From positions 1-58,641 of the IMG/VR virus record IMGVR_UViG_3300032303_000399: DNA of 58,641 nt. One strand, written 5' to 3'. This stretch comes from a virus (lineage: Duplodnaviria > Caudoviricetes). The position numbers and the translations under genes were made by a program. The notes under the pieces are model-generated. The model saw only the letters and a list, made by a program, of their open reading frames with translations. It was not told the DNA's origin and made no database searches. This document shows, piece by piece, positions 1-10,289 of the stretch. Numbering within the stretch: the first letter of the stretch is position 1; each line of letters opens with the position of its first letter.

Positions 1-313
1 GATCTGCGTATCGTCTCGCGGCATGGGTTCGCTGAAGATGAACAAAGAAGGCATCAACGAAGTACAGGATGATTTCAGATTGGCAACTGCGGCAGACATT
101 GTTGCAGATCCGTCAGCTCCAGGTGCTTTCGTAAACGGAATTATGGAATCTGTTGATTGGATCTATGACACAAAGGCAGGTTGGAAAGCAGTCGACCTTG
201 CCGAGCAGACCAAGAAGCAAATCGAAAGAGCCGTTTCCTCTCGCTCACTTGAAGAGAGAAAGCTACAGATTTTTGAGAATTACTTAAACAAACTTTCAAA
301 AATTACGTTTTAA
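1..313 (+). CDS. 21: Prohead core protease gp21, C-terminal part (5'-truncated by window)
   Basis: SSRGMGSL and ADIVADPSAPGAFVNGIME motifs of T4 gp21; lies just upstream of gp22 and gp23. Confidence 0.93.
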   Translation, partial: ICVSSRGMGSLKMNKEGINEVQDDFRLATAADIVADPSAPGAFVNGIMESVDWIYDTKAGWKAVDLAEQTKKQIERAVSSRSLEERKLQIFENYLNKLSKITF

Positions 314-352
314 TAAATATATTAAAATTATCTACTTTAAAGGAGTATAATA

Positions 353-1672
353 ATGTCAGAGAAGGAAACTAACAGTGTAGATAACACTGAACTAGATATC
401 GAACAGATCGATGAAGCGTATGATAAAATTATCGATTCTAAAAAATATCCGGGTTTAAAGATTCATCAAAGTAGTACAACTGGAGCAGTTAAATTAACAC
501 ATCCAGACCATGCCGATATGAAATTAAATTATAGTCGCGCACGCGATAGATATAGGCATCCAGTTCATGGTGAATTTTGGCACGATAAATTATGGGGTAT
601 TGCATCCAAATATCATAAACATGGTCCTTCACTTGGAAACCCAAATGTAGTAGCCGAACAGATCGATGAAGGTTCGGCTGCTGATACACTACACCCTGGT
701 GCTGGCTCAGGTGGTGGAGATACCAAGGCTGAGACCCTTGCTACTTTCACTTCACTTCTAGCACAGCTTGGTAAGGAAGATCTTTCAAACCTATTCAACG
801 ATGTGCAGGCACAATTTGGCGCTAACAAGGCACCAGGTGCAGTGGACAATTCAGCTAAGAATCGCTCTACTGTAGATGCGAAGCCTTCAGCTGCACAAGG
901 CACAGGCGCTTGGAAGGAAGACATCGACGACATGTTCGGCGGTGACGAACTAACAGAAGACTTCCGTGAAAAGGCAAGCATTGTTTTTGAAGCAGCTGTC
1001 AATACACGTATCACATTAGAAGAAACACGTCTTCAGGAAGAATTCGAAGCTGTTCTAGAATCTCTAGAAGAAGAGTATGAAACAAAGCTTCAAGAAGAAG
1101 CATCTAAGGTATTCGAAGATGTTTCAGCAAAGCTAGACCAGTATCTCGACTATGTTGTAGAAAACTGGATGGAAGAAAATCAGCTCGCAGTTGAAAGCAC
1201 ATTACGTGCAGACATTGCAGAAAACTTCATTCAGGGTCTACAAGGTCTATTTTCAGAGCACTATATTCGTGTTCCAGACGAACAGATCGATCTAGTAGCA
1301 GAAATGAAGGCAGAACTTGACGAACTCAAGGAAAAGCTAAACGAAACAATCGACACTAAGCTAGAACTAGAAGGTGTTATTGAAGAAGCTACTAAAGAAG
1401 CTACACTAGAAGAAGTTTCCGAAGGTCTTGCAGTAACACAGGCTGAAAAGCTTCGTACACTGTCAGAAGGTATCGAATATACTGATGCCGATTCATATCG
1501 TCGTAAGCTAGAAATCGTTAAGGAAAACTATTTCAATAAGAAATCAGCTTCAACAGGTTCAGGTTTTATTACTGAAGAAATTGATGGCGATGACGGCGAA
1601 GAAAAAGCCGACAGATATACTGCTCCAGGAATGGACATGTATATGAACGCAATTAAGAAATCAGTGAAATAA
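353..1672 (+). CDS. 22: Prohead core scaffold protein gp22, with an 85-aa N-terminal insert
   Basis: Acidic coiled coil with FEAAV, YLDYVVENWMEEN and KLEIVKENYF; lies between gp21 and gp23; AAGGAG RBS. Confidence 0.92.
   Translation: MSEKETNSVDNTELDIEQIDEAYDKIIDSKKYPGLKIHQSSTTGAVKLTHPDHADMKLNYSRARDRYRHPVHGEFWHDKLWGIASKYHKHGPSLGNPNVVAEQIDEGSAADTLHPGAGSGGGDTKAETLATFTSLLAQLGKEDLSNLFNDVQAQFGANKAPGAVDNSAKNRSTVDAKPSAAQGTGAWKEDIDDMFGGDELTEDFREKASIVFEAAVNTRITLEETRLQEEFEAVLESLEEEYETKLQEEASKVFEDVSAKLDQYLDYVVENWMEENQLAVESTLRADIAENFIQGLQGLFSEHYIRVPDEQIDLVAEMKAELDELKEKLNETIDTKLELEGVIEEATKEATLEEVSEGLAVTQAEKLRTLSEGIEYTDADSYRRKLEIVKENYFNKKSASTGSGFITEEIDGDDGEEKADRYTAPGMDMYMNAIKKSVK
400..671 (+). repeat. 17-bp direct repeat CGAACAGATCGATGAAG (400-416 and 655-671) flanking an in-frame 255-bp insert in gp22
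   Basis: Exact match read in the sequence; both copies encode EQIDE. Confidence 0.93.
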
Positions 1673-1679
1673 TTATTTT

Positions 1680-1687
1680 TATAAATA
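1680..1687 (+). promoter_or_regulatory. T4-type late promoter TATAAATA for gp23
   Basis: Exact gp55 consensus ~40 nt upstream of the ATG. Confidence 0.85.
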
Positions 1688-1726
1688 TAATAGCTACATA
1701 TAGCTTTTATTAAGGGAGAAGAAGAA

Positions 1727-3097
1727 ATGTCATATCTAGACGAATCAATTCAGAATAAGTGGAAGCCAATCCTCGAGCACGAAGATCTTCCAACAATCGG
1801 CGACAGCCACAAGCGTGCTGTAACTGCACAGATCCTAGAAAACACAGAAAACGCAATTCGCGAATCTCGTGCAACTTCTATGAGCGGTACAGGTCTACTT
1901 TCAGAAGCACTTCCAACCAACAACACTTCACCAAACGCAAACATTGATAACTTCGATCCAGTGCTTATCTCACTAGTTCGTCGTGCAATGCCAAACCTAA
2001 TTGCGTATGATATCTGCGGTGTTCAGCCAATGACAGGTCCAACAGGCCTTATCTTCGCAATGCGTGCACGTTATGATACACAGGGAGGTACAGAAACATT
2101 CTACAACGAAGTTAACACCGGTCGTTCAGCTCGTGGTGGTGCAAACGCTTCTAACTCAGACGCTGGTTATTCCAGTGGTGCGACATCTGTTGGTGGTGCT
2201 AATACCAACGTAGGTACTACACCATCTGCTAACTCAAACGCATCAAACAGTCTTTATAACTTTGCTGGTGGTATGCAGACTTCACTAGCTGAAAAGCTCG
2301 GCACAGACTCAACATCAATCTTCCCAGAAATGGCTTTCTCAATCGAGAAGGTTTCTGTAACTGCTAAGTCACGTGCTCTAAAGGCTGAATACTCACTAGA
2401 ACTTGCACAGGATCTAAAGGCAATTCACGGCCTAGACGCTGAAACAGAACTTTCAAACATTCTATCAGCAGAAATTCTTGCAGAAATCAACCGTGAAGTT
2501 ATTCGTACAATCGTTGTAAGCGCTGTTAAGGGTGCTGCAGAAGGTACAACAACAACTGGTCTATTCGATCTTGACACAGACTCAAATGGCCGTTGGTCAG
2601 TTGAAAAGTTCAAGGGTCTTATGTTCCAGGTAGAGCGTGAAGCTAACGCGATCGCAAAGGGCACCAGACGTGGTAAGGGTAACGTAATCATTTGTTCATC
2701 CGACGTTGCTTCAGCACTTCAGATGGCAGGTGTTCTTGATTACGCACCAGCTCTAAACAGCAACAACCTAAATGTTGATGACACAGGCAACACATTTGCT
2801 GGTGTTCTTAACGGCCGTCTTCGCGTGTACATTGATCCATATGCAGGCAGCAACTACATGGTTGTTGGTTACAAGGGTTCAAGCGCATTCGACGCTGGTC
2901 TATTCTACTGCCCATATGTTCCACTACAGATGGTTCGTGCAGTAGATCCAAGCACATTCCAACCAAAGATTGGCTTCAAGACCCGCTACGGAATGGTTGC
3001 AAATCCATTCGCAGAAGGTACAACCGCTGGTGAAGGTCGTCTTGTTGAAGATAGCAACCAATATTATCGTCGTGTTATCATCAGCAACCTTATGTAA
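1727..3097 (+). CDS. 23: Major capsid protein gp23
   Basis: DPVLISLVRRAMPNLIAYDICGVQPMTGPTGLIFAMR, TAKSRALKAEYSLELAQDLKAIHGLDAE and FQPKIGFKTRYG. Confidence 0.99.
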   Translation: MSYLDESIQNKWKPILEHEDLPTIGDSHKRAVTAQILENTENAIRESRATSMSGTGLLSEALPTNNTSPNANIDNFDPVLISLVRRAMPNLIAYDICGVQPMTGPTGLIFAMRARYDTQGGTETFYNEVNTGRSARGGANASNSDAGYSSGATSVGGANTNVGTTPSANSNASNSLYNFAGGMQTSLAEKLGTDSTSIFPEMAFSIEKVSVTAKSRALKAEYSLELAQDLKAIHGLDAETELSNILSAEILAEINREVIRTIVVSAVKGAAEGTTTTGLFDLDTDSNGRWSVEKFKGLMFQVEREANAIAKGTRRGKGNVIICSSDVASALQMAGVLDYAPALNSNNLNVDDTGNTFAGVLNGRLRVYIDPYAGSNYMVVGYKGSSAFDAGLFYCPYVPLQMVRAVDPSTFQPKIGFKTRYGMVANPFAEGTTAGEGRLVEDSNQYYRRVIISNLM

Positions 3098-3137
3098 GAT
3101 TGTTGAAGTTTATAACAATAAACGTAATAAAAAAACT

Positions 3138-3166
3138 GAGGGGGTCCGAAAGGACTCCCTCTTTTT
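3138..3166 (+). terminator. Rho-independent terminator after gp23
   Basis: GAGGGGGTCC-GAAA-GGACTCCCTC followed by TTTTT. Confidence 0.9.
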
Positions 3167-3172
3167 ATTGAC

Positions 3173-3180
3173 TATAAATA
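3173..3180 (+). promoter_or_regulatory. Late promoter TATAAATA for gp3
   Basis: Exact consensus just after the gp23 terminator. Confidence 0.8.
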
Positions 3181-3247
3181 ATGTGATTAAAGATATTCAT
3201 AACCTACATATAAGATTATACAGGTTACAGCTTAGAGGTCAAGTGAA

Positions 3248-3721
3248 ATGGTGTCCTTCGATAACAATAATGCGTCAAAACTCAATTATAAATTTAAGTT
3301 GAGTATTACTCCTAAAGTAGAGTATAAAGTACAATCTATAACCATACCTGGGTTGACCTTAGGTGCTCCTACACAAGCAACTCCATTTGTACGTATAAAC
3401 CATCCAGGCAATATTAGCTATGGTAACTTAGATGTTAGTTTTCTTGTTGGAGAAAATTTCTCAGATTATCTAGAAATTTTTAATTGGATGGAAAGCCTAG
3501 GTTATCCAGAAGGTTTACAACAGTATGAAAATATTAGAGCGGATTGCTCGGTAATAATCCTAGATAGTGCAATGAAGCCTAAGTTAAATGTAAGATTTAC
3601 GGATGTCTTCCCTACCTCTCTATCGGGCGTGGATTTTGCCTCCAATCTAGACGATGTACAATATATCACTGTTTCTGCAACATTTAACTTTAATAGATTT
3701 TATTATTCTTTATTAGGTTGA
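3248..3721 (+). CDS. 3: Tail tube terminator / completion protein gp3-like
   Basis: Tube-fold motifs (IPGLTLG, FLVGENFSDYLEIFNWM, FPTSLSGVDF); 23-3-uvsY-uvsW synteny. Confidence 0.8.
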   Translation: MVSFDNNNASKLNYKFKLSITPKVEYKVQSITIPGLTLGAPTQATPFVRINHPGNISYGNLDVSFLVGENFSDYLEIFNWMESLGYPEGLQQYENIRADCSVIILDSAMKPKLNVRFTDVFPTSLSGVDFASNLDDVQYITVSATFNFNRFYYSLLG

Positions 3722-3746
3722 CTTTAAAGAAAAAATACGTTACATT
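3718..3746 (+). promoter_or_regulatory. sigma70-type promoter for uvsY
   Basis: TTGACT-N17-TACATT. Confidence 0.6.
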
Positions 3747-3778
3747 GAACAATGTGTATGTATCTTTAAAGGTATGAA

Positions 3779-4213
3779 ATGAAACTAGAATCCATCTTTG
3801 AAATGTGGGGCGAAGACTCCAACATTGATCGTAATGAACTTGGTAATGAATCCCTAAAGATTTCTAAATTACACCACAAATATCATCAGATCTATACTAA
3901 CGAACGCCTATTGTTGCGTAAGTTCGAATCCGAACTAAAGAAACTTCGGCTAGAGAAGTTTGAGTTTTACACACAAGGACCTACTAGGGAAACACAAGAA
4001 CGTGGTTGGCAGTTGCCTCCTATTGGTAAAGTCCTTAAAGCAGACGCTAATACATATATTGACGCTGATAAAGATGTTATCACGTTATCCCTTAAAATCG
4101 GCATTCAACATGAAAAAATTGAGCTGTTGGAATCTATTATTAAGACCGTTATGGCTCGTGGGTTTCAAATTAACACAGCACTCAATTGGATCAAATTCCA
4201 AAGTGGTGGCTAA
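3779..4213 (+). CDS. uvsY: Recombination mediator UvsY
   Basis: W..DS.ID and LHHKY, ending RGFQINTALNWIKFQSG; upstream of uvsW. Confidence 0.9.
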   Translation: MKLESIFEMWGEDSNIDRNELGNESLKISKLHHKYHQIYTNERLLLRKFESELKKLRLEKFEFYTQGPTRETQERGWQLPPIGKVLKADANTYIDADKDVITLSLKIGIQHEKIELLESIIKTVMARGFQINTALNWIKFQSGG

Positions 4214-5712
4214 TGACTGACGTGCATTTAGAGCAAATAAATTCTGTACACTGTAGACTGCGGTGTGACCCTGGCATTATGATGGAACTGTCAGATAAGT
4301 TTACCTTCTTTGCAGAAAACTACAAATTCCATCCAAAGTATAAGATGCGTGTCTGGGATGGTAAAATCCGCCTAGTGAATACACTTACTGGTATAGTGTA
4401 TGCTGGTTTAGCACAGCGTATTAAAAAGTTCTGCGATGCCAACGACTATACCTTTTCTTTTAGTGATGAACTAGCGTACGACAACGTATCCGAACACGAA
4501 GTGCGTGAGTTTATTAAAACCCTAGATTTACCGGACTGGATGGAAACTAGAGATTATCAGATTGATGCTATTGTAAAGTGTCTGCGCTCTAAGAGACGTA
4601 CTCTGTTATCTCCTACATCATCAGGTAAATCGTTTATTATTTACGTAATAGCTGAATGGTATCGTATTAAACATGGTACTAAGTCTCTAATTATTGTACC
4701 TACTATTAGTCTGGTTGGACAGCTGAAATCTGACTTTGAGTCATATGGCTTTAAAGGCACAATCGATACTTCTATGGGAGGTTTATTAAAAGACAATGAT
4801 ATCCCCGCTAATCATGTTATCTCTACCTGGCAGTCGCTCGACAACGGTAAATCGAAAATGCCGAAAGAGTGGTTCAAACAATTCCAAGTTGTATTCGGTG
4901 ACGAGGCGCACGGCGCAAAAGCAGCAAGCCTCGTTAAAATCCTGTCCAACATGGAACAAACTCCGTACAGATTTGGAACAACAGGTACACTAGACAACGT
5001 AGCATTGAATCAACATACCATTGAAGGTTTGTTTGGTGCGCAGTATAAAACTGTTACTACTCGAGAACTAATCGATCAGGGACATGCTTCGGATATTAAG
5101 ATTAAGTGTATTATTCTGAGGTATCCTGAAGAAGTTGTTAAAGAGTTTCATAAGGCTGTTTATGATAAGAAACTACAGAAGACTCGTAAGAAAACTTACG
5201 CAGAAGAAGTAGACTTTCTTATTAACTATCAGAATCGAACAGACTTCATTAAAAACTTGACTTTGTCCTTGAAAGGTAATAAGTTAGTATTCTTCAGAAT
5301 GACTGATCACGGAGAAACAATATACAAATCTTTAGCAGAACATTCTAATGCTTTTTATATTGATGGATCTGTATCGGGCGTTAAAAGAGAAGAGATACGT
5401 AAGGCGATCGAAGAAGAAGAAAACGCAATACTTGTTGCTTCATTAGGTACTACATCAACAGGTGTAAGTATTAACAAACTACACCATATGATCGCGGCAT
5501 CCCCCTCTAAGTCTAAGATTAAAGTTTTACAGTCTATTGGTCGTATGTTACGTCAACACGACGAAAAAACGCATGCTATACTATATGACATTGTTGATAA
5601 TCTTTCTAGAGGCGCAACAAAGAACTTCACTATGCTACACTTCGAGGAACGTGCTAAGATATATGACGCAGAACAATTCGACTATAAAATCTACAACGTA
5701 GGATTAAAATGA
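4213..5712 (+). CDS. uvsW: DNA helicase UvsW (SF2)
   Basis: WDGKIRL, RDYQ, SPTSSGKS, DEAH and QSIGR; ATG overlaps the uvsY stop. Confidence 0.96.
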   Translation: MTDVHLEQINSVHCRLRCDPGIMMELSDKFTFFAENYKFHPKYKMRVWDGKIRLVNTLTGIVYAGLAQRIKKFCDANDYTFSFSDELAYDNVSEHEVREFIKTLDLPDWMETRDYQIDAIVKCLRSKRRTLLSPTSSGKSFIIYVIAEWYRIKHGTKSLIIVPTISLVGQLKSDFESYGFKGTIDTSMGGLLKDNDIPANHVISTWQSLDNGKSKMPKEWFKQFQVVFGDEAHGAKAASLVKILSNMEQTPYRFGTTGTLDNVALNQHTIEGLFGAQYKTVTTRELIDQGHASDIKIKCIILRYPEEVVKEFHKAVYDKKLQKTRKKTYAEEVDFLINYQNRTDFIKNLTLSLKGNKLVFFRMTDHGETIYKSLAEHSNAFYIDGSVSGVKREEIRKAIEEEENAILVASLGTTSTGVSINKLHHMIAASPSKSKIKVLQSIGRMLRQHDEKTHAILYDIVDNLSRGATKNFTMLHFEERAKIYDAEQFDYKIYNVGLK

Positions 5713-6098
5713 TAGTTATTTTTAAACTAACTAACGGCGAAGAGATTATCGGAGATCTAACAGATCACGGAGAGCATGCTTATACTCTAGTCGATCCAAT
5801 GTATATTATAGAATCCCCTGACTATGGTATGCGCCTCCGTGATTGTATGATGTTATCAGACGAAGATAGGTTGTCTATTAAGATATCTCATGTTATAACG
5901 TATTATAAGCCGTCGAAAACACTCGCTAATTATTACGGTGTTGCAAGTAAATTTGCAGCTAAGTTTTCACGCCCAATGATAGATGTTCAAATTCAAACAT
6001 CAATTGCAGAGATGCAAATAGCCATGACAGAAGAGGAAGAAACCGTGGATAGATTAACCGATACATTACGTAGCATTACAGGTTCGAGGCTCCATTAA
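5709..6098 (+). CDS. Conserved hypothetical protein, possible Sm-like fold
   Basis: KLTNGEEIIG N-terminus; translationally coupled between uvsW and gp55. Confidence 0.65.
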   Translation: MIVIFKLTNGEEIIGDLTDHGEHAYTLVDPMYIIESPDYGMRLRDCMMLSDEDRLSIKISHVITYYKPSKTLANYYGVASKFAAKFSRPMIDVQIQTSIAEMQIAMTEEEETVDRLTDTLRSITGSRLH

Positions 6099-6652
6099 TG
6101 TCAAATCACTATGTGGATAACAAAAAATTATACACCGAAATGGTTAAGTATATTAACGAGTATAATCGTGCTAAAGAAGCGGGGGAAGAACTACCACGAG
6201 CTAACGATTATATAGGTAAATGTATTTGGCTTATCGCTAATAGACTATCTACCAATAGGAACTTTATCGGCTATACATACCGTGAAGAAATGATTGGAGA
6301 TGCTATCGAAAACTGTCTACGGTACATACATAATTTTAATCCGGATAAGTCTACTAATCCTTTTGCTTATTTTACACAGATCATGTATTACGCATTTATT
6401 AGACGTATTGACAAAGAAAAGAAACAGTCGTATATTAAATACAAGTCCATGGAAAACTCTCTAGTGATGAATACTCTAGTTGAAATGGCACCAGATGATC
6501 AGTCTCATTTCCAGGCAGTAGTTGTTACTATGGATATGGATAAGCTAGCTAACTTATCACAAAAATATGAAACTAAACAAACTGTTAAAAAAGAAAAGCG
6601 TAAGACAGGTTTAGAAAAGTTTATTGAAGGCGAAGATAAACCCGCCGAGTAA
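6098..6652 (+). CDS. 55: Late-transcription sigma factor gp55
   Basis: HYVDNK, NFIGYTYREEMIGDAIENC and NPFAYFTQI..YAFIRRI.KEKKQ. Confidence 0.96.
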   Translation: MSNHYVDNKKLYTEMVKYINEYNRAKEAGEELPRANDYIGKCIWLIANRLSTNRNFIGYTYREEMIGDAIENCLRYIHNFNPDKSTNPFAYFTQIMYYAFIRRIDKEKKQSYIKYKSMENSLVMNTLVEMAPDDQSHFQAVVVTMDMDKLANLSQKYETKQTVKKEKRKTGLEKFIEGEDKPAE

Positions 6653-6663
6653 AGGGATATACT

Positions 6664-7728
6664 ATGAAAATTGCTTTATTAGGGGATACACACTTTGGTG
6701 CTCGTAACGACGCAGCATCTTTCCACGATTACTTCGAACGTTTCTATAGTACTGTTTTCTTTCCATATCTAGAGAAAGAAGGTATTACAGAAGTAATCCA
6801 GTTAGGTGACTTGTTTGACCGCCGCAAATATATTAACTTCTTAACACTATCTAGATCCAGACAGTACTTCTTTGATCCGCTAAAAGAAAATAATATTAAT
6901 CTAAGTGTGTTTGTAGGCAACCACGATACCTTCTATAAGAACACAAATGAAATTAACTCGCCACATCTACTGTTAGGCGAATATGATAATGTATCCGTAT
7001 ATAGTGAATACACTGAAGTATATTATGACGATGTTCCTATTGTTTTGCTGCCTTGGGTAAATAGTAGCAATCTTGAAAGTGTCCAACAAGCGATAGATAA
7101 TACTAAGGCTCAGATTCTATTTGGACATTTAGAACTAGCAGGCTTTGAAATGTATCGTGGTGTGTTTCATGATCATGGCATGTCCGCTAGTATGTTTGAT
7201 AAATTTGACATTGTAGGTTCGGGACATTTCCACCATCGTTCGTCTAAGGGCAATATTCATTATCTCGGAACCCCTTACGAAATGACTTGGTCGGATTACA
7301 ATGATCCACGAGGATTCCATATCTTTGATACAGAAACTCGTGATCTAAAGTTTATTGTTAATCCATATTGTATGTTTAGCAAATTACACTATGATGATAC
7401 TGATAAACTCCAACATGAAATTATGGATATAGATATTGATAAGCTGCGCAATACGTTTATTAAAATAGTGGTTCATAATAAAAATAATCCATATTGGTTC
7501 GATATGTATGTAGATATGTTGGAGAAAGCCGGAGTGGCTGACATACAAATTGTAGAAGATCATCTTAATCTTAACTTAGAAGATGATTCCGATATTATTG
7601 ACGAGGCTGAAGATACTCTAACTATTCTACGTAAGGTAGTTGATAACATCGATACTAAAAACGTCACTAAGAAAGAACTTGACAATTTTCTAACAAACCT
7701 GTACAGTGAAGCATTACATGTGGAGTAA
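6664..7728 (+). CDS. 47: Recombination endonuclease subunit gp47 (Mre11/SbcD-like)
   Basis: DTHFG, GDLFD, GNHD and SGHFH phosphoesterase motifs; lies before gp46. Confidence 0.96.
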   Translation: MKIALLGDTHFGARNDAASFHDYFERFYSTVFFPYLEKEGITEVIQLGDLFDRRKYINFLTLSRSRQYFFDPLKENNINLSVFVGNHDTFYKNTNEINSPHLLLGEYDNVSVYSEYTEVYYDDVPIVLLPWVNSSNLESVQQAIDNTKAQILFGHLELAGFEMYRGVFHDHGMSASMFDKFDIVGSGHFHHRSSKGNIHYLGTPYEMTWSDYNDPRGFHIFDTETRDLKFIVNPYCMFSKLHYDDTDKLQHEIMDIDIDKLRNTFIKIVVHNKNNPYWFDMYVDMLEKAGVADIQIVEDHLNLNLEDDSDIIDEAEDTLTILRKVVDNIDTKNVTKKELDNFLTNLYSEALHVE

Positions 7729-7731
7729 CTT

Positions 7732-7926
7732 ATGACATTTGATCAATGGTTAAACGAAATCGAGAACTATAGTCTTCGCATTGAACGTCTCTATGACGAT
7801 CTTGATGTAATAACTGGTGTTGATAAAACAGCAAGTGAGTCCGTTCGAAACAGAGCGCTGATGCTGGGTTGGCTAAAGGCTGCATATGAAACTGGATACA
7901 GCCATGGTTATAACGAAGGCGTATAA
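7732..7926 (+). CDS. Hypothetical protein
   Basis: GGAG RBS; fills the gap between gp47 and gp46 exactly. Confidence 0.7.
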   Translation: MTFDQWLNEIENYSLRIERLYDDLDVITGVDKTASESVRNRALMLGWLKAAYETGYSHGYNEGV

Positions 7927-9642
7927 ATGATTCTATTTAAAAAACTACGATATCAGAATCTACTATCTACAGGTAATCAGTTTACTGAACTTGTTTTTAC
8001 TAAATCTAAGTCGACACTGGTAGTAGGACAAAACGGTGCGGGTAAGTCAACGTTTATCGAGGCGTTGACTTTTGCTCTGTATGGTAAACCCTTTCGAAAT
8101 ATTAACAAGCCACAGTTGCTTAACTCTATTACACAAAAGAATCTATTAGTTGAACTAGAGTTTTCTATTGGTAAGAAAGAGTATATGATTCGTCGAGGCA
8201 TTAAGCCTAACGTATTTGAAATTATAGTCAACGGGCAGCTACTAGATCAGAACGCAGACGCACGAGAATATCAGGAACATCTAGAGAAGAACATTCTTAA
8301 ACTAAACTTTAAGTCGTTTAGTCAGATTGTTGTACTAGGTTCGGCAAACTATGTTCCGTTTATGCAGTTACCTGCATCTGAACGTCGCAAGGTTGTAGAA
8401 GATCTTTTGGACATACAGATCTTCTCCGTAATGAACAGCATCCTAAAAGATAAGATCGCAAATAACCGGACCGCAGTAACTGAAATAGATTACAGTATCA
8501 ACTTATGTGAACAGAAGATCGAAATGCACACTAAGCATATCGATACACTGAAAGCAAATAACGATGATCTAATCGTACAGAAACAACAGAAGATTAAAGA
8601 ACATCAAGAAGGATTAGATAGTCTATCTGTTGATACTGATTTACTTTTAGAAAAAGTGGAGATATTAAATGAAGAAGTCTGTGATGAAACCAGGGTCTTG
8701 GGTCGTAAGACTAAACTTGTTCAGATGGAATCTACAATTGAAGATAAGATACGCAAACTTAAAAAAGAAGTGGCGTTCTATCACGATCATGATAACTGCC
8801 CCACATGTAAGCAGGGCATTGACCATGAATTTAAGACCGAAACTATCTCTAAGCGCGAAGCAAAATCCGGCGAACTAACAGAAGCACTTACTAAGCTAGA
8901 AACAGAGATTACTACAACAGAAAGTCGTATCGAAGAGATTAATAAACTCAACGAGCAGATCTCTAGCCTAAATACTAAGATTAGTGAAAACAATCAGCAG
9001 ATTAAGTTCTACAATAGATACATTAAAGATCTACGTGAAGAAATTACTAACCTGCAAGATCAGGCTTCTAAGATTGATACTAACTCTGAAGATACCGTGA
9101 AATATGAAGAAGAGCTAAATAAGCATAACGCACGTAAACAAGAACTGATTAAAGAAAAGTCTGTACTAGATATTGCTGGACAATTACTAAAAGATACAGG
9201 TATTAAGACTAAGATTATTCGACAGTATGTACCTGTTATGAACAAATTGATTAATAAGTATCTATCAGCATTGGACTTTTTTGTAGACTTTCAATTGGAT
9301 GAATCATTTAATGAAACAATCAAATCAAGATTCCGGGACGACTTTTCATATGCTTCTTTCTCCGAGGGAGAAAAGATGCGCATTGATCTTGCTCTTATGT
9401 TTACCTGGCGTGCTATTGCTAAGCTACGTAATAGCGCTTCCACTAATCTTCTTATCATGGACGAGGTCTTCGATTCGTCGCTTGACGCAACTGGTACAGA
9501 AGAGTTCTTAAAGATACTAGAGAGCTTGACTTCTGATTCGAATACGTTTATTATTAGTCATAAAGGCGATAGTTTGTTCGATCACTTCCACAGCGTAATC
9601 AAGTTCGAGAAGCATGCTAATTTCTCACGTATTACTACCTAA
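7927..9642 (+). CDS. 46: Recombination ATPase gp46 (Rad50/SbcC-like)
   Basis: GQNGAGKST Walker A, CPTC hook, FSEGEK signature, LLIMDE Walker B and ISH. Confidence 0.97.
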   Translation: MILFKKLRYQNLLSTGNQFTELVFTKSKSTLVVGQNGAGKSTFIEALTFALYGKPFRNINKPQLLNSITQKNLLVELEFSIGKKEYMIRRGIKPNVFEIIVNGQLLDQNADAREYQEHLEKNILKLNFKSFSQIVVLGSANYVPFMQLPASERRKVVEDLLDIQIFSVMNSILKDKIANNRTAVTEIDYSINLCEQKIEMHTKHIDTLKANNDDLIVQKQQKIKEHQEGLDSLSVDTDLLLEKVEILNEEVCDETRVLGRKTKLVQMESTIEDKIRKLKKEVAFYHDHDNCPTCKQGIDHEFKTETISKREAKSGELTEALTKLETEITTTESRIEEINKLNEQISSLNTKISENNQQIKFYNRYIKDLREEITNLQDQASKIDTNSEDTVKYEEELNKHNARKQELIKEKSVLDIAGQLLKDTGIKTKIIRQYVPVMNKLINKYLSALDFFVDFQLDESFNETIKSRFRDDFSYASFSEGEKMRIDLALMFTWRAIAKLRNSASTNLLIMDEVFDSSLDATGTEEFLKILESLTSDSNTFIISHKGDSLFDHFHSVIKFEKHANFSRITT

Positions 9643-10230
9643 TGAATTAGTTTTTGTTATCTTTGGTTCATTTGGATTGGTCTTTTTAAGGCCTTTATTC
9701 CAACCTACAGAAACACCTTTTTTGCCCTTATTCCAAGCAACCCGCCCTTTCATTTTTTCTATGGTTTCAGCTGTATGTTTATAGCCTTTTGTTGACGGCA
9801 TTTGTTTACCATTAGCCATTTTATTTTTTTCATCTTGGCTTTTTGCTAATTTTCTTTCTTCTGACCATTTTTCTTTTTTGGGTTTTCGCATTTTTATTAA
9901 AGTTTCAGGTTTGTGTTTATAGCCTATTTTTGGTGTTGGCGGCGCTCCAATAGCAATGTTCAACCAATCTTCTCTGGTTTTTACTTTGAGTTTAGTTAGT
10001 ACTTTTTGTTCCCATAATTGACATTGTTCTCTTGTATCAAATATTTTTCGTATTTGTACATCAAAAGATTCTTTACCATGTTCTTTTATGAGTTGTTTTA
10101 CTTTTTTTGATGAGGTAAAATACGTATTCCATAGATCATTAGGATGGCATCCTGTTTTCCAACGGGCTCCATAATAATGTTGATTTGTTATCCTATTATA
10201 GATATAGTAGGTAAAATAAACAGTGTACAT
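9625..10230 (-). mobile_element. Free-standing GIY-YIG-type (Seg-like) homing endonuclease with NUMOD3 repeats
   Basis: FTYYIYN...HYYGAR, YFTSSK and WEQKVL; HKPETLIKM and HTAETIEKM NUMOD3 motifs; opposite strand; GGAGG RBS before ATG at 10230. Confidence 0.85.
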
Positions 10231-10253
10231 TATATCCTCCATGTAGTATAGTG

Positions 10254-10261
10254 TATTTATA
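10254..10261 (-). promoter_or_regulatory. Late promoter TATAAATA for homing endonuclease 1
   Basis: TATTTATA on the + strand, 24 nt upstream of the HEG start. Confidence 0.75.
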
Positions 10262-10289
10262 GAAAACAAGTTTTTAGTAGGATCGCAGC

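Noticed and set aside
353-671. gp22 insert as a mini-intein
   Set aside because: It has no N-terminal Cys/Ser or C-terminal His-Asn, and it is too short; it is bounded instead by duplicated EQIDE.
1279-1291. Third partial copy (CGAACAGATCGAT) of the gp22 repeat
   Set aside because: It is only 13 bp, encodes EQID within the conserved body of gp22, and is explicable by codon bias.
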